NCBI GenBank assembly: GCA_016933055.1
Contig: JAFGBS010000001.1
Span: 271,550 to 303,549, forward strand
Direction of reading: 5' to 3'
DNA length: 32,000 nucleotides
DNA from: Promethearchaeota archaeon
GTDB taxonomy: Archaea > Asgardarchaeota > Lokiarchaeia > Sigyniarchaeales > Promethearchaeaceae
Position numbers and translations under genes: made by a program. Below the pieces are notes generated by a model. That model saw nothing but the letters and a program-made list of their open reading frames with translations, had not been told where the DNA came from and did no database searches. Shown here piece after piece: positions 29,661 to 32,000 of the stretch. How positions within the stretch are numbered: the stretch's first letter is position 1; the number at the start of each line of letters is the position of its first letter.

Positions 29661-29816
29661 ACTCAACACCTATCCTACTTAACCGACGGTCTATGTGAAT
29701 GTTGTGACTAAAAACCACCAATCTGACCACAGTCAGATGGGTTATAGGCGTTCCATAGTAGGGTTATAGGAACACGCTAAAAACTTACGACCTACATGGT
29801 CGAGTAGGGAGTAGGC
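29661..29816. other. Hairpin-dense intergenic element (element B)
   Basis: Hairpins ATCTGAC-caca-GTCAGAT (29721-29738), GCGTTCC...GGAACACGC (29748-29777) and CGACC-tacat-GGTCG (29788-29802). Direct repeat GGGTTATAGG (29739, 29761). Imperfect inverted ends CCTATCCTACT / AGTAGGGAGTAGG. Confidence 0.4.
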
Positions 29817-29898
29817 TTTTATTATAGTTCCTTTTTTGTGTGATATAGTCACATGGATGCCATAGGATAAAAAATGAGTACCTAAGAAAAGAACATAA

Positions 29899-30239
29899 TC
29901 AATCTCCATGATTCATATCATTTTTTTCTGTTTCTATTCCTGATTTGGGTATTATTAACATAGAAGATTCTTTGAATGACTGAAATCTTAGATTATGATA
30001 TACATATTTTGGGGGATTTCCCTTTATTGTAAATAATTTTAGATATGCATAGGAATCTGCTGATTTTATTAGAGCGTTTTTTAGCTTGCCCCCATTCCTT
30101 TGCTTTGATGATCTGGTGGAATAGAGATATGATATACAATTAGTTCCTTCTCATGCCAGAGTCCAATAACACACAATCCAATCATTCTGAGATATCCTTC
30201 TGTTTTTGTTCGGTCTCTTTTCGGATTCCTCTGTTTCAT
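29899..30239 (-). pseudogene. Frameshifted, 5'-decayed GNAT acetyltransferase
   Basis: Motif A ISIPPDHQSKGMG is followed by a frameshift in a G5 run (30089-30093). The other frame continues KLKNALIKSAD...LKLFTIKGNPPKYVYHNLRF to TGA at 29899-29901. Confidence 0.6.
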
Positions 30240-30407
30240 GGTGGTCTGGTTAGCATGGACAATAGAACAGGGGGTTCAGTAGGTTTTTTCATATTCAAAT
30301 TTTTCTCAGCTTAGATTCAGTGTCTTTAATACCCATAACGCTGTTACTATCATTAACGTTTTTCTGCTATAAATTTGATATCAACCAACAATTAGGTTTT
30401 CATTTTC

Positions 30408-31718
30408 TTAAATGATCAATTTACTTCTCTCTTTGAAATCTTTAAGATCATTCTGTTCTTCTATTGATTGTTCTGCAACATTCAGAAGCATGATTGCGTG
30501 TTTTCTTATTATTTTTTTGTGCTTTGATTGTTTGGTAAATTTGCTAATTGTTAACAAAGCTTCCATGAGTCTTATAATTACAGAAGGGTTTCCTTTTGCA
30601 TATTGTCGTATTTGATTAAAGGCTGCATCAAGCATACCTTCGTAGGTTAGAACATCAGTAATTACCCGCAATTTGCTTTCTGAATCAAATCTATATCTAG
30701 AAGGTATTTTTGCATTTGCTAAAAAGCACATAGTTGATGTTAGATTATCAATACAAGCTATTGCTGTATATGGATCGTTGATACCTGGTGATAAAGCCCT
30801 ATCAGCTATTTCTACCATTTGGTGTATTGCATGTTCTGCATCTTGCTGTTGTGTTCTACTTTTACCTAAATTAAATTGTGTTTGTATTCTTTTAATTACT
30901 TCTTCATCGAGAATATTATTCGAATAAATAAGGCCTATTTCAGAGTCTTTAACTATATAATGTCCTGGACGAAAATAAATTTCTATTAATACATCTAATT
31001 CCATTGCTATGCCGAATAATGCTTCTGTATTGATGTATCTTAAATAACCACTTTTTAGGCTATGGAAAACCAGTTTTTCTTTGTATTCACGCTTGATTAA
31101 TACTTCATCTAGTTCTTCTTCTTCTTCTTCCTCTACCTCTTCACCCATAGTTTCAGGAAACAATGTTTGAAGGTTCATGGAAAGGGATTCAGATATATCC
31201 GCAATAACATTCTCAGCTTGAATACTGGTAGCTACATTATGTATGAAAATTATGAGGAGAATAATATTAGCTATAGCAGTAATAATCGCCAATATGATAG
31301 AAAACGTAGGAACAAAGATTATTAGTTCATTCTCAGTAATTGCACTTAAAATTATCAAGCAATAAGCAAATGTAGAAACGTATGAACCCAGAACAACTTG
31401 ATTGAGTTTAATATACATAAAATTCTTTATGAGTCTTGAACCAAATTGATTTGAAGTCAAGGTGAGGACAACTAATATTATGGAAAATACAGTTCCTGCT
31501 ACACCAATCATAGCAGCAGAAATTGTAGATAGTACAACTCTTGCAGAACTAGGATTGCTAATAAAAAAATATCCTTGGATGCTTTCAGAAATCTTTACTT
31601 GGCTGTCTATAAATAGGAACAAAATTGCTAATGCAACTGCTAGTATGATAATTAAAACAGGAATAAACCAAAATGAAGATTTCAATTCACTCCAATAATA
31701 AGATAATTTTTTCACCAT
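30408..31718 (-). CDS. DUF2254-family predicted membrane protein
   Basis: SFWFIP, LSTISAAMIGVAG, QFGSRLI, RALSPGINDPYTAIACID, FNQIRQY. Confidence 0.88.
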   Translation of the reverse strand: MVKKLSYYWSELKSSFWFIPVLIIILAVALAILFLFIDSQVKISESIQGYFFISNPSSARVVLSTISAAMIGVAGTVFSIILVVLTLTSNQFGSRLIKNFMYIKLNQVVLGSYVSTFAYCLIILSAITENELIIFVPTFSIILAIITAIANIILLIIFIHNVATSIQAENVIADISESLSMNLQTLFPETMGEEVEEEEEEELDEVLIKREYKEKLVFHSLKSGYLRYINTEALFGIAMELDVLIEIYFRPGHYIVKDSEIGLIYSNNILDEEVIKRIQTQFNLGKSRTQQQDAEHAIHQMVEIADRALSPGINDPYTAIACIDNLTSTMCFLANAKIPSRYRFDSESKLRVITDVLTYEGMLDAAFNQIRQYAKGNPSVIIRLMEALLTISKFTKQSKHKKIIRKHAIMLLNVAEQSIEEQNDLKDFKERSKLII

Positions 31719-31955
31719 TCTTCCATCCTTCCTTCCTTGAAAAAAGATACATCTACTAATTAAAAGTTTTATTTTCTCTAACTGTAAAGGTCATAACCAA
31801 TCTCCTTGACTCAAATCATTTTAATCGTTTTTATTGTTTACTCAGAAGATTTGGTGAGGAGACGGTCTTTTCTAGACCTATAATAACCGAAATCAGCAAA
31901 ATCAATCAAAAAAGTTGCTTATTAGAAATAAAAGTTAATGGTGTATGCTTGTATG

Positions 31956-32000
<45 letters not shown>

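Noticed and set aside
29443-29682. 79-codon hydrophobic frame with two consecutive TAA codons
   Set aside because: Tandem stops and low-complexity T/A runs could arise by chance. It is counted only as a possible remnant.
30408-31718. DUF2254 gene as a novel system
   Set aside because: It is a widespread uncharacterised family, stands alone here and has no informative neighbours.

Overview
AT-rich, gene-dense window that reads as archaeal. The evidence is an archaeal/eukaryote-type ProRS, a GGTGA-type ribosome-binding site, oligo-T intergenic tracts and N-glycosylation-rich surface proteins. An Asgard (Loki-like) origin is plausible but is inference only. Housekeeping genes are proS and purA. 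The main accessory content is a complete four-gene Thermotoga-type myo-inositol oxidation set (iolN, iolM, iolO, iolG) in alternating orientation, bracketed by a calcineurin-like phosphoesterase and a membrane-anchored, outward-facing PHP phosphoesterase. Also present: a RelE/ParE toxin-antitoxin pair, an ankyrin protein, a GH20 hexosaminidase, a tandem (two-domain) bacterioferritin-like protein, a methyltransferase, an SDR, a membrane-anchored lyase-like protein, a PanE-like reductase, an Ogl-like beta-propeller, a 1005-aa ELWxxDGT-repeat surface protein and a DUF2254 membrane protein. Several small genes are broken by in-frame stops or a frameshift that the ORF track hides. Two hairpin-dense intergenic islands about 21 kb apart share an end motif. 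No rRNA, tRNA, CRISPR array or transposase was found. Family calls come from recalled motifs, not database searches.
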